IMG/VR virus record: IMGVR_UViG_3300033149_005651
DNA length: 64,000 nucleotides
DNA from: an uncultured virus (IMG/VR IMGVR_UViG_3300033149_005651)
Lineage: Duplodnaviria > Heunggongvirae > Uroviricota > Caudoviricetes
Direction: 5' to 3' (one strand)
Shown here: positions 49,558-60,000 of the stretch, piece after piece
Numbering within the stretch: the first letter of the stretch is position 1
How the letters are laid out: the number at the start of each line of letters is the position of its first letter
Position numbers and translations under genes: made by a program
Notes under the pieces: model-generated
The model's input: the letters and a program-made list of their open reading frames with translations, nothing else
The model's database searches: none
Told to the model about the DNA's origin: nothing

Positions 49558-50410
49558 TCCAATCTCTCATTGAATTTCCCAAAGCCTCACGAACTGGTCT
49601 AAGACTAATTCCAGCACTGAGTGCTTTAGCATTACTCAACACACACGAAGATCGTGGTGTTCGCACGGTCTTCGTAAAATCATTACAATCTTCAAAATAA
49701 GTAAATTTCTTATCTGTAAGCCCAAAATGTACCGTCATTTCAGCAATTTCTCTAGTCGAAATACTCCCACCATTCGTCATATGATAAATACCAAATGGTG
49801 CTTTAATAGTCCAGCATTGCCAACAAGCTTTAACAAACTCATCAAGATGACATAAACTATTTTGCACATCCAACAATTTATCATATCTCAAAATCTTAGA
49901 AATATAATTCCTATCTGAGTCAACCTCATTGAATGGAATCCGAAGCCGCCAGATATAGCATTGACTATTTGCGTTTGCTACTAATTCCTCCCCAAGTGCT
50001 TTCGAACCCGAGTAGAAACTACTCTTAAGGGGTGATGTAAAACAGAGATTAGGTGGATCATTCTCTTCCCACCCTGCTCCGTATCTTTTACCTTGATATA
50101 CACAGCCTGACGAAATATGACCCCAAGGAACATTAGCAACAGCACAAGCACGAGCTATTATGCCGGGTAATACAGCATTTGCGTGTAAACAGCTTGTTTT
50201 ATTATCTTCGCAAGCGTCTACATTTGGTTTGCCAGTATACCCAGCACAGTTGATAAGAAATTCAGGCTGTTTTAGTTTAAGAATATGTGTTAATTCCTGC
50301 TCGTCATAGTAGCAGAACCGGCATATTCTTTTAACTTCTAGCCGTTTGGTGGATAGGTATTTGCTGAATGCTGAACCAACATACCCATTGGATCCGAGAA
50401 GAATTATCAT
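49541..50410 (-). CDS. RmlD-like NDP-4-keto-6-deoxysugar reductase/epimerase-reductase
   Basis: GSNGYVG, GYTGKPNVDACE, SSGCVY, YSGSK. Confidence 0.88.
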   Translation of the reverse strand: MIILLGSNGYVGSAFSKYLSTKRLEVKRICRFCYYDEQELTHILKLKQPEFLINCAGYTGKPNVDACEDNKTSCLHANAVLPGIIARACAVANVPWGHISSGCVYQGKRYGAGWEENDPPNLCFTSPLKSSFYSGSKALGEELVANANSQCYIWRLRIPFNEVDSDRNYISKILRYDKLLDVQNSLCHLDEFVKACWQCWTIKAPFGIYHMTNGGSISTREIAEMTVHFGLTDKKFTYFEDCNDFTKTVRTPRSSCVLSNAKALSAGISLRPVREALGNSMRDWNEKAC

Positions 50411-50411
50411 A

Positions 50412-50861
50412 CTACATATTTGTATGGTGACTCGCCCACAATGGCTCATCTACTTCTAATGGTTCCCATTTTTCAGCCATTCGGCGAATGGCGGCTGATA
50501 GATTTTTGAAGTGATTATCGTCTTTACATGTCAATTTAGCGCGGTGAATACAGTCTTCTTCCATTTCTGGTCCACCAAATTGCATATAATTAAGTTCCCA
50601 ATCGGAGGATCTCCATTCATTCCTCCGACGTTGTGTATTGTTCACCGAATCGACAATAACTGTTTCTTCACCGTAAATGAATAATGCCCTTACCATTATT
50701 TTAGCTATAGCCCATACCATTGGTTCGGCTGAACCAATAAATGGTTGTCCATGAAGTGCTAATCTAATAGAATCTGGGTCAACAACTGGAAGATTTTGTG
50801 CTTTAGCCCATGTGCTTTTTCCACTTCTGGGTAAACCAACGGTAAGAATTAGCGTTTTCAT
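50412..50861 (-). CDS. Polynucleotide-kinase-type P-loop kinase (AAA_33)
   Basis: VGLPRSGKSTWAK, DSIR, VIVDSVN. Confidence 0.85.
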   Translation of the reverse strand: MKTLILTVGLPRSGKSTWAKAQNLPVVDPDSIRLALHGQPFIGSAEPMVWAIAKIMVRALFIYGEETVIVDSVNNTQRRRNEWRSSDWELNYMQFGGPEMEEDCIHRAKLTCKDDNHFKNLSAAIRRMAEKWEPLEVDEPLWASHHTNM

Positions 50862-51304
50862 CTATTCCTCTTCTGTAATAGTCTCCTCCTCTACTTCGGC
50901 GAGCAAATCGCCAATGATATTGTACTTTTTCAAAGGTGGTCCGTCATCGTCCGATTTCGGATTAATCAACATATCAAAATCTTCGTTTGTTTCGCATTGG
51001 TAATATTCGATGGTGCCGAATAATAGGCCAACAACACTGATCAATTCATCCATCCGACCGATATGCGTTGTGAACATGGTGGCGGGTTTTGTAGTGACTG
51101 TTTCATATACTTCTTTTACCCGTTTCAACGTTGCGACTTTGTGATCATCAAGCGGGATCAACGTATATTGCTTCCCATTTTTGATATTCGGAAAATTAAG
51201 ACTATTGACATCAATAATTCCTGCTTCTGGATTCAATAGGTCCATATCCATTTCAATCTTACAAATTGATTCATGGCTTGGTACGTGAAAAAGTTGAAAG
51301 CGAG

Positions 51305-51943
51305 CTAATTTCGACATTTTTTCTGTTTCTTTCGTTTGAGTAAGAGTTTTTCCCATTCTGATGTTGCAAAGTCAATTAGGTTCGTTGTATCTCTTTGGTT
51401 CCTAAGAGTAATAGTATCAAATGGGTCGCAATAACCAACTCGTCTTTTTACCTTACGACGTACAGCTGATATAATCTTATCAATATAATACTCGGCCCGA
51501 AAGATAGAATCTGGATGATTCAATTCAAAACTGATTTCGTCCCAGTTTTGAAGATATGACGAATTCGGAAAAAATGCAGAAGGACGTGGGGATTGGGCTC
51601 GTTGCATACCACGCATCAGTTCTCTGCGTTTAAGGTTCTCTTTCTTGCGTTTTGATTTTGACTTAGGACATTTCTGAATCGTAATAGTGTAACCGACATA
51701 TTCTACATCGACACTATCGATTGGCATGCGCACATTAAGGATCAGTGTATCAGATATGTCTAAACAAAGAAATGGAGTATTACCAATTCCGGCGATGACT
51801 TGCGGTTTTGCGTTGAATATACCAACGATAATTGTGATCACTCCCCTGGTCGTTTTTTTATAACGATTGTCAAAATGATTGAGAAGTGTGTCGACGATTT
51901 CACCAGGCCGGTAAAATGTAGAATCCTCGGAAATAATATACAT
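51305..51943 (-). CDS. DP-motif family protein
   Basis: FELNHPDSIFRA. Confidence 0.7.
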   Translation of the reverse strand: MYIISEDSTFYRPGEIVDTLLNHFDNRYKKTTRGVITIIVGIFNAKPQVIAGIGNTPFLCLDISDTLILNVRMPIDSVDVEYVGYTITIQKCPKSKSKRKKENLKRRELMRGMQRAQSPRPSAFFPNSSYLQNWDEISFELNHPDSIFRAEYYIDKIISAVRRKVKRRVGYCDPFDTITLRNQRDTTNLIDFATSEWEKLLLKRKKQKKCRN

Positions 51944-52414
51944 TTATTTTTCTTTAATAGCAGCATAAATCCCAGCTATGGTCATCCTCTTACTGATATG
52001 AAATACTGCTTGTCTAGTTATATTGAACCGGAGAGCGATACTAGCCTGTTGTTCACCACGAATCAAGGCAGCAATTATTTTATAAGAACTTCTTGGCACT
52101 TTGCTCAGTGTTTGGGCCGCTGCGATCCCGTTTTCTTTGCGGGAACTTTCTACCAAACCAAGACTAATTTTAAATTTATTAGCAGTAGCCTTGTCGCCAT
52201 ATTCATTAGCATATTTTGCGATATTCTCTCGTCGAATTTTTCGATCAATATGCGATAATTCCACCGCCGATTTAAACCCATTTTCTCTGCAAGATTTTTT
52301 AACCAAACAGAGGCTAACACTAAATTTATCAGCAGCAGCCTTACCACCATGCTTATTAGCATATTTTGCAATATTCTCTCGTCGAATTTTTCGATCAACA
52401 TGTGATAATGCCAT
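51944..52414 (-). CDS. Tandem-HTH DNA-binding protein (two ~50-aa repeats plus a C-terminal HTH)
   Basis: LSHxDRKIRRENIAKYAN x2; QASIALRFNITRQAV. Confidence 0.8.
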   Translation of the reverse strand: MALSHVDRKIRRENIAKYANKHGGKAAADKFSVSLCLVKKSCRENGFKSAVELSHIDRKIRRENIAKYANEYGDKATANKFKISLGLVESSRKENGIAAAQTLSKVPRSSYKIIAALIRGEQQASIALRFNITRQAVFHISKRMTIAGIYAAIKEK

Positions 52415-53098
52415 AGTGATCCTATGTTAAGAATTTCTCAGGATTTTCAACGATATTTCATCTTTTTTCCATCGCTCTACTTTATTCTGCAGAGCATTGA
52501 TGTCACAAGTGGTATCTTCAATATATGCGCCAACAGTTTCTTCGGTAAATGGGATAGCCGGGCGAACTTTATTATTCATCCAAACAACAACATCATATCT
52601 TGCTTTATTTTTAGCTACTTCTTCCATACATAGCCAACATTGGGCATCATCACCGTTCCCAGCAGATTTTGTTCGCCACAAACTATAAGCAACTGAATTA
52701 AGTATCGTAAATTCATCAAGTTCTTTTGACGTAAGAACCGTCATTTTCTAAGCCCTCTCAGCATAGTAAGTTCGTCTTCGTACACTCGTAAAGCAGCAGA
52801 ATCAGCTTCCCAAATAGCAGTACCACCATCACCAATATGAGGAGCATAGAAAAGATTTTCAGCACCTTTGACAGGAACAAGTTTATCCGGGAAAATATTC
52901 ACATGTTTCTGCGGAACAGAGATGATCTGCGGTTTTCCGTCTATAATTGGAGGAATACCAGGATCACCATAAGTTTCAATATAACCAGAAAGACATCCTC
53001 CACATCGTTCAACCCATTTTCTCTGGTCTTTGATACGAACTAAAAGTTTACTAATTCTTTGTTTGCGTGTCGCCGCCATGATAATTCCTCCGAAATAC

Positions 53099-53124
53099 TG
53101 TTACAAAAGGATTCTATTAGTTAA
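53099..53124 (-). promoter_or_regulatory. Phage promoter motif, back-to-back with the late-type motif at 53140-53151
   Basis: TTAAC-N13-TTGTAACA. Confidence 0.75.
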
Positions 53125-53151
53125 ATACACCAGAGCATTCAAAAATAATAC

Positions 53152-54288
53152 ATGAAACTCAGAATAATATCAGAAGATATCAGAAAAACCGATTTTTTCG
53201 ACTTCTATGCATTAGTACACGTTTATTTAGACCTGAAGCAAAATGTTGCTAATCCAGAGTATCTACACGAAGTTGAGCAAGAGTTATATCACACAGCTAG
53301 ATATATTTATAATGATCAAATCGACCAGTTAGCAGAAATACTCGCTAAAAGATGGATCGAGGATGGAGACGACGTCTCCGATAACTTATTTAACACCTAC
53401 CAAAAACATGGTATACAGTTAAAGAGAATCTTAGAAGAACCTGGAATGTTCATCTTCAAAAAAGGTGATATCAGAAGAATGCCCAGGAAGCATCAAATTT
53501 CACTAATCAGAGAATTAATAACAGATAATCAATACCCAAATGCGTCCACAGGCCCAACCTGGACAAACATAGGAAGATTCTTTCTAGACGTTGCCAAACC
53601 TAAGACAAATAACCAATTGATAAGAGCTGTAGACAGAATTTATGGCGCAACCCACCATAGTGGTGTGATAGCTGATTATTTCGATGAAAAAGACTGGTTA
53701 GAAAAAGCTCTAAACACCAGAACCGTAGCATCACCAAAGAATCTAATCGCAAGAACGAGCACTAGAATACGCGAATTGCTAACTAGTGCTTCTATAGGAA
53801 TACCAAAATATGAAGAAATTGATATACTCAATGAACTAACAGTAGCCCTCAATAGAGTAGCTCGTCGCCTCGATTTGTTTGATCATGAATATCAACCAAT
53901 CGACAAAAACCACTTCAAATTCAGCTTAACATATCGAATCATCAGCTTCCCAATTGAACAACGAATCATGAAAATACCCATTATGTCTGCTAATTATTAT
54001 GACAACCTGGGAGATCACGACCAAAGTAACGATGAAGAACATGTACTCACATGCCTCGGTACCGTAGAAAACAATGATATAATCATACAACCAACAAATA
54101 ATCAAAACTTGAAAACCAAAACCATCAAAATTGGGAATAGAAAAGCTTCTGATATAGCCGGAATGTTATTCACATCAGCTTTCGATATTGTCAGAAGACG
54201 ACCACGCTTTATACGCCCACCAAAGACACCGCCACGCCCGCTATTACAAAGAGGTGTACCCAAAACCAAGCCAAAATCCAGAGATTAA
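53152..54288 (+). CDS. Hypothetical protein with an MKLRIISED leader (candidate head-internal protein)
   Basis: No SD; ATG directly after CAAAAATAATAC. Confidence 0.8.
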   Translation: MKLRIISEDIRKTDFFDFYALVHVYLDLKQNVANPEYLHEVEQELYHTARYIYNDQIDQLAEILAKRWIEDGDDVSDNLFNTYQKHGIQLKRILEEPGMFIFKKGDIRRMPRKHQISLIRELITDNQYPNASTGPTWTNIGRFFLDVAKPKTNNQLIRAVDRIYGATHHSGVIADYFDEKDWLEKALNTRTVASPKNLIARTSTRIRELLTSASIGIPKYEEIDILNELTVALNRVARRLDLFDHEYQPIDKNHFKFSLTYRIISFPIEQRIMKIPIMSANYYDNLGDHDQSNDEEHVLTCLGTVENNDIIIQPTNNQNLKTKTIKIGNRKASDIAGMLFTSAFDIVRRRPRFIRPPKTPPRPLLQRGVPKTKPKSRD

Positions 54289-54488
54289 ATGTTATTCTTC
54301 TTCATATAGCTCTGACTCAGCTAACATCATTAAATCAGTAGAAATTATCGGGACCATCCATTTAGGTGGGGTTGATACAACTGATCTGGTAATAAACGTA
54401 TGCAAAGGCCATTCTTCCCTGATCATTTTGCATTTCTTTCGAATTTCTCTTTGAGATGGTTCATACGTAGGCCGCTTGTGTCCATTCA

Positions 54489-54980
54489 TCAGTACCTGTC
54501 CTCTTCATCTTCATTTGGGATTTCCATTTCAAACTCAAGAACTTTATCCTCTAGATCCTCCCATTTAGCCTCCAAGCTATGCTTAATCAATTCAATTTGC
54601 CTATCCGAAAGAGGGGTGGAATCGTCACTTCTACCAACTTGTTCTGAATACCTCTGTGCCGTCCATGATGCTAATGTATCACCAGTGAGAGGATCAAATA
54701 CTGTAAACCACATCGTTCGCGGATTTGAAATCTCTAAATCCGCGAATTCCTCTGGTTCATAATGTGTAGCCCTACGATATTTACCGATAGTGGTAGCATC
54801 ATATGCAACATTTGCGGTTACATTAAGTGATGTACCATCAGGCATAGGAATATGTACCGGGTCAAATTCCCAAATACCTGACTCCCGGCCACCATTCCAC
54901 TCATTACTAGGAGTTAATTCAAACTGCTCTGTATCATCTAATTTATCGTAAACACTTTCGGCTATTTTGTTGATCTTCAT
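54489..54980 (-). CDS. Acidic protein with an MKINKIAES-VYDKLDDTEQF leader
   Basis: Motif shared with 27553-28392; CAAAGATA upstream. Confidence 0.8.
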   Translation of the reverse strand: MKINKIAESVYDKLDDTEQFELTPSNEWNGGRESGIWEFDPVHIPMPDGTSLNVTANVAYDATTIGKYRRATHYEPEEFADLEISNPRTMWFTVFDPLTGDTLASWTAQRYSEQVGRSDDSTPLSDRQIELIKHSLEAKWEDLEDKVLEFEMEIPNEDEEDRY

Positions 54981-55015
54981 ACTGTATCTTTGTATTTAAC
55001 AATAGGAGAACAAAA

Positions 55016-55240
55016 ATGTTTGAATTCATTAAGAACATATTCAAAACCAAACCAACCCATTGGGCTTATGAAAGCTATTGGCGTTGTAGTACCCATATGG
55101 TAACGCTAAAAAATCATGGAAAGATAATCTATAGCGGCCCAAAAGACCAAATGCCGCCAAAAATTAAAAAAGAATGGGAGAAATACTCTGAAGAAGTGGA
55201 GAAATTATGGAAATCAGCCGAAGATTTATTCGAAATATAA
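55016..55240 (+). CDS. Small hypothetical protein
   Basis: SD AGGAG. Confidence 0.65.
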   Translation: MFEFIKNIFKTKPTHWAYESYWRCSTHMVTLKNHGKIIYSGPKDQMPPKIKKEWEKYSEEVEKLWKSAEDLFEI

Positions 55241-55751
55241 ACTCCCCAGGAGGTCCTCTAATTCTTATTAATTCAAATAGAAATGATGAAGATATTGTAA
55301 TACCAAGTGTTACAATTCTACGCACAACATGCGGATCATAAATCGGTTGTGCATTATCAGCATACCAATCATCTGTTTCTTCCCATAAAGACCCGCCTTC
55401 AAGCAATTTATCAATAGCTATTTTTAATTCATCAAAAAATGATGGATCGTCATAAGCAGCGGTCCAATCTTGGATTTGCAAAAATAATTCATAACAATGC
55501 AAATCAACTAGCCATTCTCGTTCATCTCTTGTTGTGTATGATATTCTGATAATACCAGAATTATCGGCTTCCCAATGGCACGCCCAATCCTGTTTCTGCT
55601 TGTCCCACTTGCTTGCTAATTTGCCACAGTAATTCTCTTGTAACCATAAATCTATCGCACCAATAAATTCATCTGGCGCAATACTTGACATATACGTCCG
55701 CCCAGACCAACTCTGTTTTAATAAAGGCGGATGATTAGAAGTTGCTTGCAA
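55164..55751 (-). CDS. DP-motif family protein (start uncertain)
   Basis: AAYDDPSFFDELK. Confidence 0.65.
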   Translation of the reverse strand: MQATSNHPPLLKQSWSGRTYMSSIAPDEFIGAIDLWLQENYCGKLASKWDKQKQDWACHWEADNSGIIRISYTTRDEREWLVDLHCYELFLQIQDWTAAYDDPSFFDELKIAIDKLLEGGSLWEETDDWYADNAQPIYDPHVVRRIVTLGITISSSFLFELIRIRGPPGEFIFRINLRLISIISPLLQSISPILF

Positions 55752-55800
55752 TTAATGTTCACCAGCAAAAATATTTGAAACACACTTAAGGAGACATCAA

Positions 55801-56262
55801 ATGAAATTCGTTGGTAGATTCTCAGGCTTAATTACGTACAGTGATGATACAAAAGAACAATTCGCAGCCCATATTGACGAACATGGGCATATTGCTGTCA
55901 ACGCAGGAATCGTTGACACACCAAATGAAAGCAATTCAGCGATTCTTGAAATTCAAAATTCAAATACCTGGTTGCAAGATATACTTGCATTGGTAAGTGG
56001 TACACTTACCCTAGCACCACTTGGAACTGCAACAAAAACAGTAAATGGAGCAGTCCTCCATTTCTCTGGTCGCGTTGCAAAAGATGATGGAACAACAGAA
56101 GATTTTGCAGTACAGTACGATCGTAAAGCTGATGGTGAATTCGTACTAAATAGTAGCGGAAGCGGTGGTGGAGAAGTAACAGCGTATGATGAATTTTCTG
56201 CTTCAACTCTCACAGCTTGGTTTGGCGCACTTATTGGCGCTGCTCAAGTAACCGCCCCGTAA
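55801..56262 (+). CDS. Probable virion protein with an internal two-fold repeat
   Basis: FSGLITYSDDTKEQFAAHID / FSGRVAKDDGTTEDFAVQYD; strong SD; CAAAAATA upstream. Confidence 0.78.
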   Translation: MKFVGRFSGLITYSDDTKEQFAAHIDEHGHIAVNAGIVDTPNESNSAILEIQNSNTWLQDILALVSGTLTLAPLGTATKTVNGAVLHFSGRVAKDDGTTEDFAVQYDRKADGEFVLNSSGSGGGEVTAYDEFSASTLTAWFGALIGAAQVTAP

Positions 56263-56271
56263 CTGATTGTA

Positions 56272-56769
56272 CTATCGGTTGTATGACTCAGATTTATTAT
56301 ATTCACGATTTCCATTGTGGAAATCGTGATCGTTAGATTGGTTAGACTGGTATTGGTTAGATTTTGGCGTTCGTTCCCGAGTAAGCCGCTGCTGAACATC
56401 AAAACTCGCTCGGATAATTGGCCGCATCAGATCACGAATTTCCATCATGATACGCCCAAAACCGCTCATTTTGTTATCTTCCATTTCCATCGCACTGATG
56501 GACGCAGCTTGTGTAAGAGCAGAAATTTGCCTTCCGTCTGTGGTCAATCCTTTTTCAGCACGAATTATTCGGCATCGCGTAGGATCAGCCATAGCCGCTT
56601 GAAATGCTCTAAGCTCTTTCTCAGGAACATCATCCAGATCCACATCACCGATGAAAGACCGCAAAAGGTCTTTCATCTCATTATTCATTGTTACAACAAT
56701 AACCCCCTCGTAAGGCTCGAACACGTTAAAAGCGGGTCGGTTCATGGGTCGATCTGTAGGTCGATTCAT
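56272..56769 (-). CDS. Hypothetical protein
   Basis: Promoter motif at 56818-56843. Confidence 0.72.
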   Translation of the reverse strand: MNRPTDRPMNRPAFNVFEPYEGVIVVTMNNEMKDLLRSFIGDVDLDDVPEKELRAFQAAMADPTRCRIIRAEKGLTTDGRQISALTQAASISAMEMEDNKMSGFGRIMMEIRDLMRPIIRASFDVQQRLTRERTPKSNQYQSNQSNDHDFHNGNREYNKSESYNR

Positions 56770-57065
56770 AGATTTCTCTTTTCTAGTGATGATAAAAATA
56801 CCCTATTCTGTTAGAAGTGTTGCAAACTTGATTAAGATGTTAATATTTTTGATAAAGCACAATTTAAATACATAAAAAATATGTTTCAAGTTTTATGCCC
56901 GATTCCAAAGCATTAACATCGCTCTCCGGCTGGGCTTATCTTCGCCGCTGCTCTTTTTACCACTGATCCATATCGGCGCTATACCCATCAAAACCATATA
57001 AGTTGTCATAAGGATTCCCTCCATAATATCTTTGCAGCCCAAAAATAGAAATGGAGAAAATTTTT

Positions 57066-60000
57066 ATGGCTAATATACGATATTGTTTCGGTCCATGGCA
57101 ATGGACCAGTATACCAGAAGGTGGGGGTTACTGGGGACCCCCACCAGATACTATAGGACTGCTTGATCTTGGCTCACTACCCGAGCAAAGTCAAGCAGGT
57201 TCAGACAGTATACTAGAAAGACCTGCGGGTTTATTCTGTATCCCAGATTCTGTATCAACCCCATCTGGGTATGTTCTGTTAGATATCGGCGATTGCCGAA
57301 ATATCACAGCAATTCGGCGTCACACCGATCTCATCGAATCAGCTCTAGGTATCGATCTATCAGCCTATAAAGGCAAAAAATTATCTGAATTAATCTTCGA
57401 AATACTCCAAGCCGGGGACCCCACTGGCGAGGGATTATGGAAGCCATTACAACCAACCACCAGAGGAATCCTAGAAGTACGTCTTGGCGGACATTCTGCA
57501 ATCCACACAAAGAAATTCCAGTGGGAAACATCCTCATACGCAAACAAATTACGAGATCTAATTCGTCATGACCTAAAACAAACAACAGAAATAGAAGGTC
57601 ACAATGTAGCCCGCAAGGTACTAGGTGCATATTGTCAGAAATACTTCGGGAATTATAAAGATCCAAGATTCAGGGAATTCCTAACACCAAATGAAGCTGA
57701 TTTTGAACCTAGTAAACCAGAAACATCCATCAGTGATGATTTCAACCGATCGGACGCAAACACACTTGGCACTAACTGGACGCATGATGGAAATTACGAA
57801 ATAGTATCAAATCAAGCAAAAGCAACATCATATGGAGGGCAAGACCACGCCTATTATGGTACTGCTTTATCATCTGCTGATCAAAAAATGTCAACTGTCA
57901 ACACAGGATCAAGTGGTATCTACGTTGCCGGTGCTGGAAGAATGCTGGCGAATACAACCACAAGAACAGCTTATTTAGCATCATGGAATGGCTCACTACG
58001 GCTTCTCGGAAAAGTCGTATCTGGCTCATTTACTTCGTTAAGTCAAAACAATCCAGCCACTAACCCAACCGGTGAAAAAGGCGAATTAACATGTGATGGA
58101 TCATCAATATCAGCCGAGTATACCGGCGTTGGTTCATATTCATTAGGTCCAGTAACTGACACCGCAATCACTGGAAACACAAGAGCCGGACTATGGACCA
58201 ATAATCATGGATTCATAGCACAAGACACTTTTGTCGCAGAAGATTTACCAGCAGAAGTTTCAAAAACACATACTACTGATGCTAAATTAGACGATAATAC
58301 CGAAACCAGAACTCATACCACAGATGCTAAATTAGACGATGGCTCAACAGAATATTCAAAAACTCATACCACCGATGCTCTACTAAAAACAGAAGATACA
58401 CCAAAAACCCATACCACAGATGCTTTACTAAAAGCAGAAGGCATCAAGACCCATACCACCGATACCAAACTCCAAGCCGAGGGACTAACAAGAACTCACA
58501 CCACCGATGCACTACTCCAATCCGAAGGACTAACAAGAACCCATACAACCGATGCACTACTCCAAGCCGAAGACATCACCAAGACTCATACAACCGATGC
58601 ATTACTCCAAGCCGAAGACATCACCAAGACTCATACAACCGATGCTAAACTAGCTGCTGGTACAACAGAATACTCAAAAAATCACACTACTGATGCTTTG
58701 CTACAAGTAGAAAATGTACCAAAAACTCATACAACAGATGCTCTATTAACTAGCGAAGGATCAGAAGATCATACAACAAATGCACTACTCAAAGCCGAAA
58801 AATCAAAAGACCACATTACCGACGCTCTGTTACAATCCGCCAATAATGCTTGGGATCATACAACCGATGCTTTATTATTCGCTGAAGAATCAAAAAATCA
58901 CACTACCGACGCATTATTACAATCTATTAATAACTCTAGGACTCATACAACTGATGCTCTATTATTCGCCGAAGAGACAGAGAATCACACAACCAACGCG
59001 TTACTATTCGCCGAAACAACTAAAGACCACACTACTGATGCTTTACTTCAAGGTGGTGGTGGGATATACCACCTAACAAATGCTCTCCTACAAGCGATTA
59101 ATAGTTCTAAGACCCACACTACCGACGCATTATTACAATCCACCGATAACTCTGAGAATCACACAACAGATACTCTATTATTCGCCGAAGAATCGGAGAA
59201 TCATACAACTGATGCATTACTTCAAGCAGCTGATAATGTTAAGACTCACACTACTGATGCATTACTTCAAGGTGGTGGTGGGATATACCACCTAACAAAC
59301 GCTCTCTTACAGTCCATCAACAACCCTAAGAATCATACAACTGATGCATTATTATTCGCCGAAGAGGCAAAGAATCACACAACAGATGCATTATTATTCG
59401 CTGAAGAGACAAAGAATCACACAACTGATGCTTTACTTCAAGGTGGTGGTGGAATATATCACTTAACAAATGCTCTTCTACAATCCGTCGATAATACTAA
59501 GATTTATACAACTGACGCATTATTACAAGCCGAAGAGTCAGAAGATCACACAACTGATGCATTATTACAAGCGATCAACAATTCTAGGACTCATACTACC
59601 GATGCGTTACTTCAAGGTGGTGGTGGGATATACCACCTAACAAACGCTCTCTTACAGTCCATCAACAACCCTAAGAATCATACAACCGATGCGTTATTAT
59701 TCGCCGAAGAATCAGAAGACCACACAACTGATGCATTATTATTCGCTGAAGAATCAGAAAATCATACAACTGATGCTCTATTATTCGCCGAAGAGACAGA
59801 AGACCACACAACAGATGCACTATTATTCGCTGAAGAATCAGAAAATCATACAACTGATGCATTACTCCAAGCGGTTGATAATGCTAGGACTCATACTACC
59901 GATGCGTTACTTCAGGGCGGTAGTGGGATATACCACCTAACAAACGCTCTCCTACAATCCGTCAATAACTCTAGGGCTCACACTACCGACGCTCTCTTAC

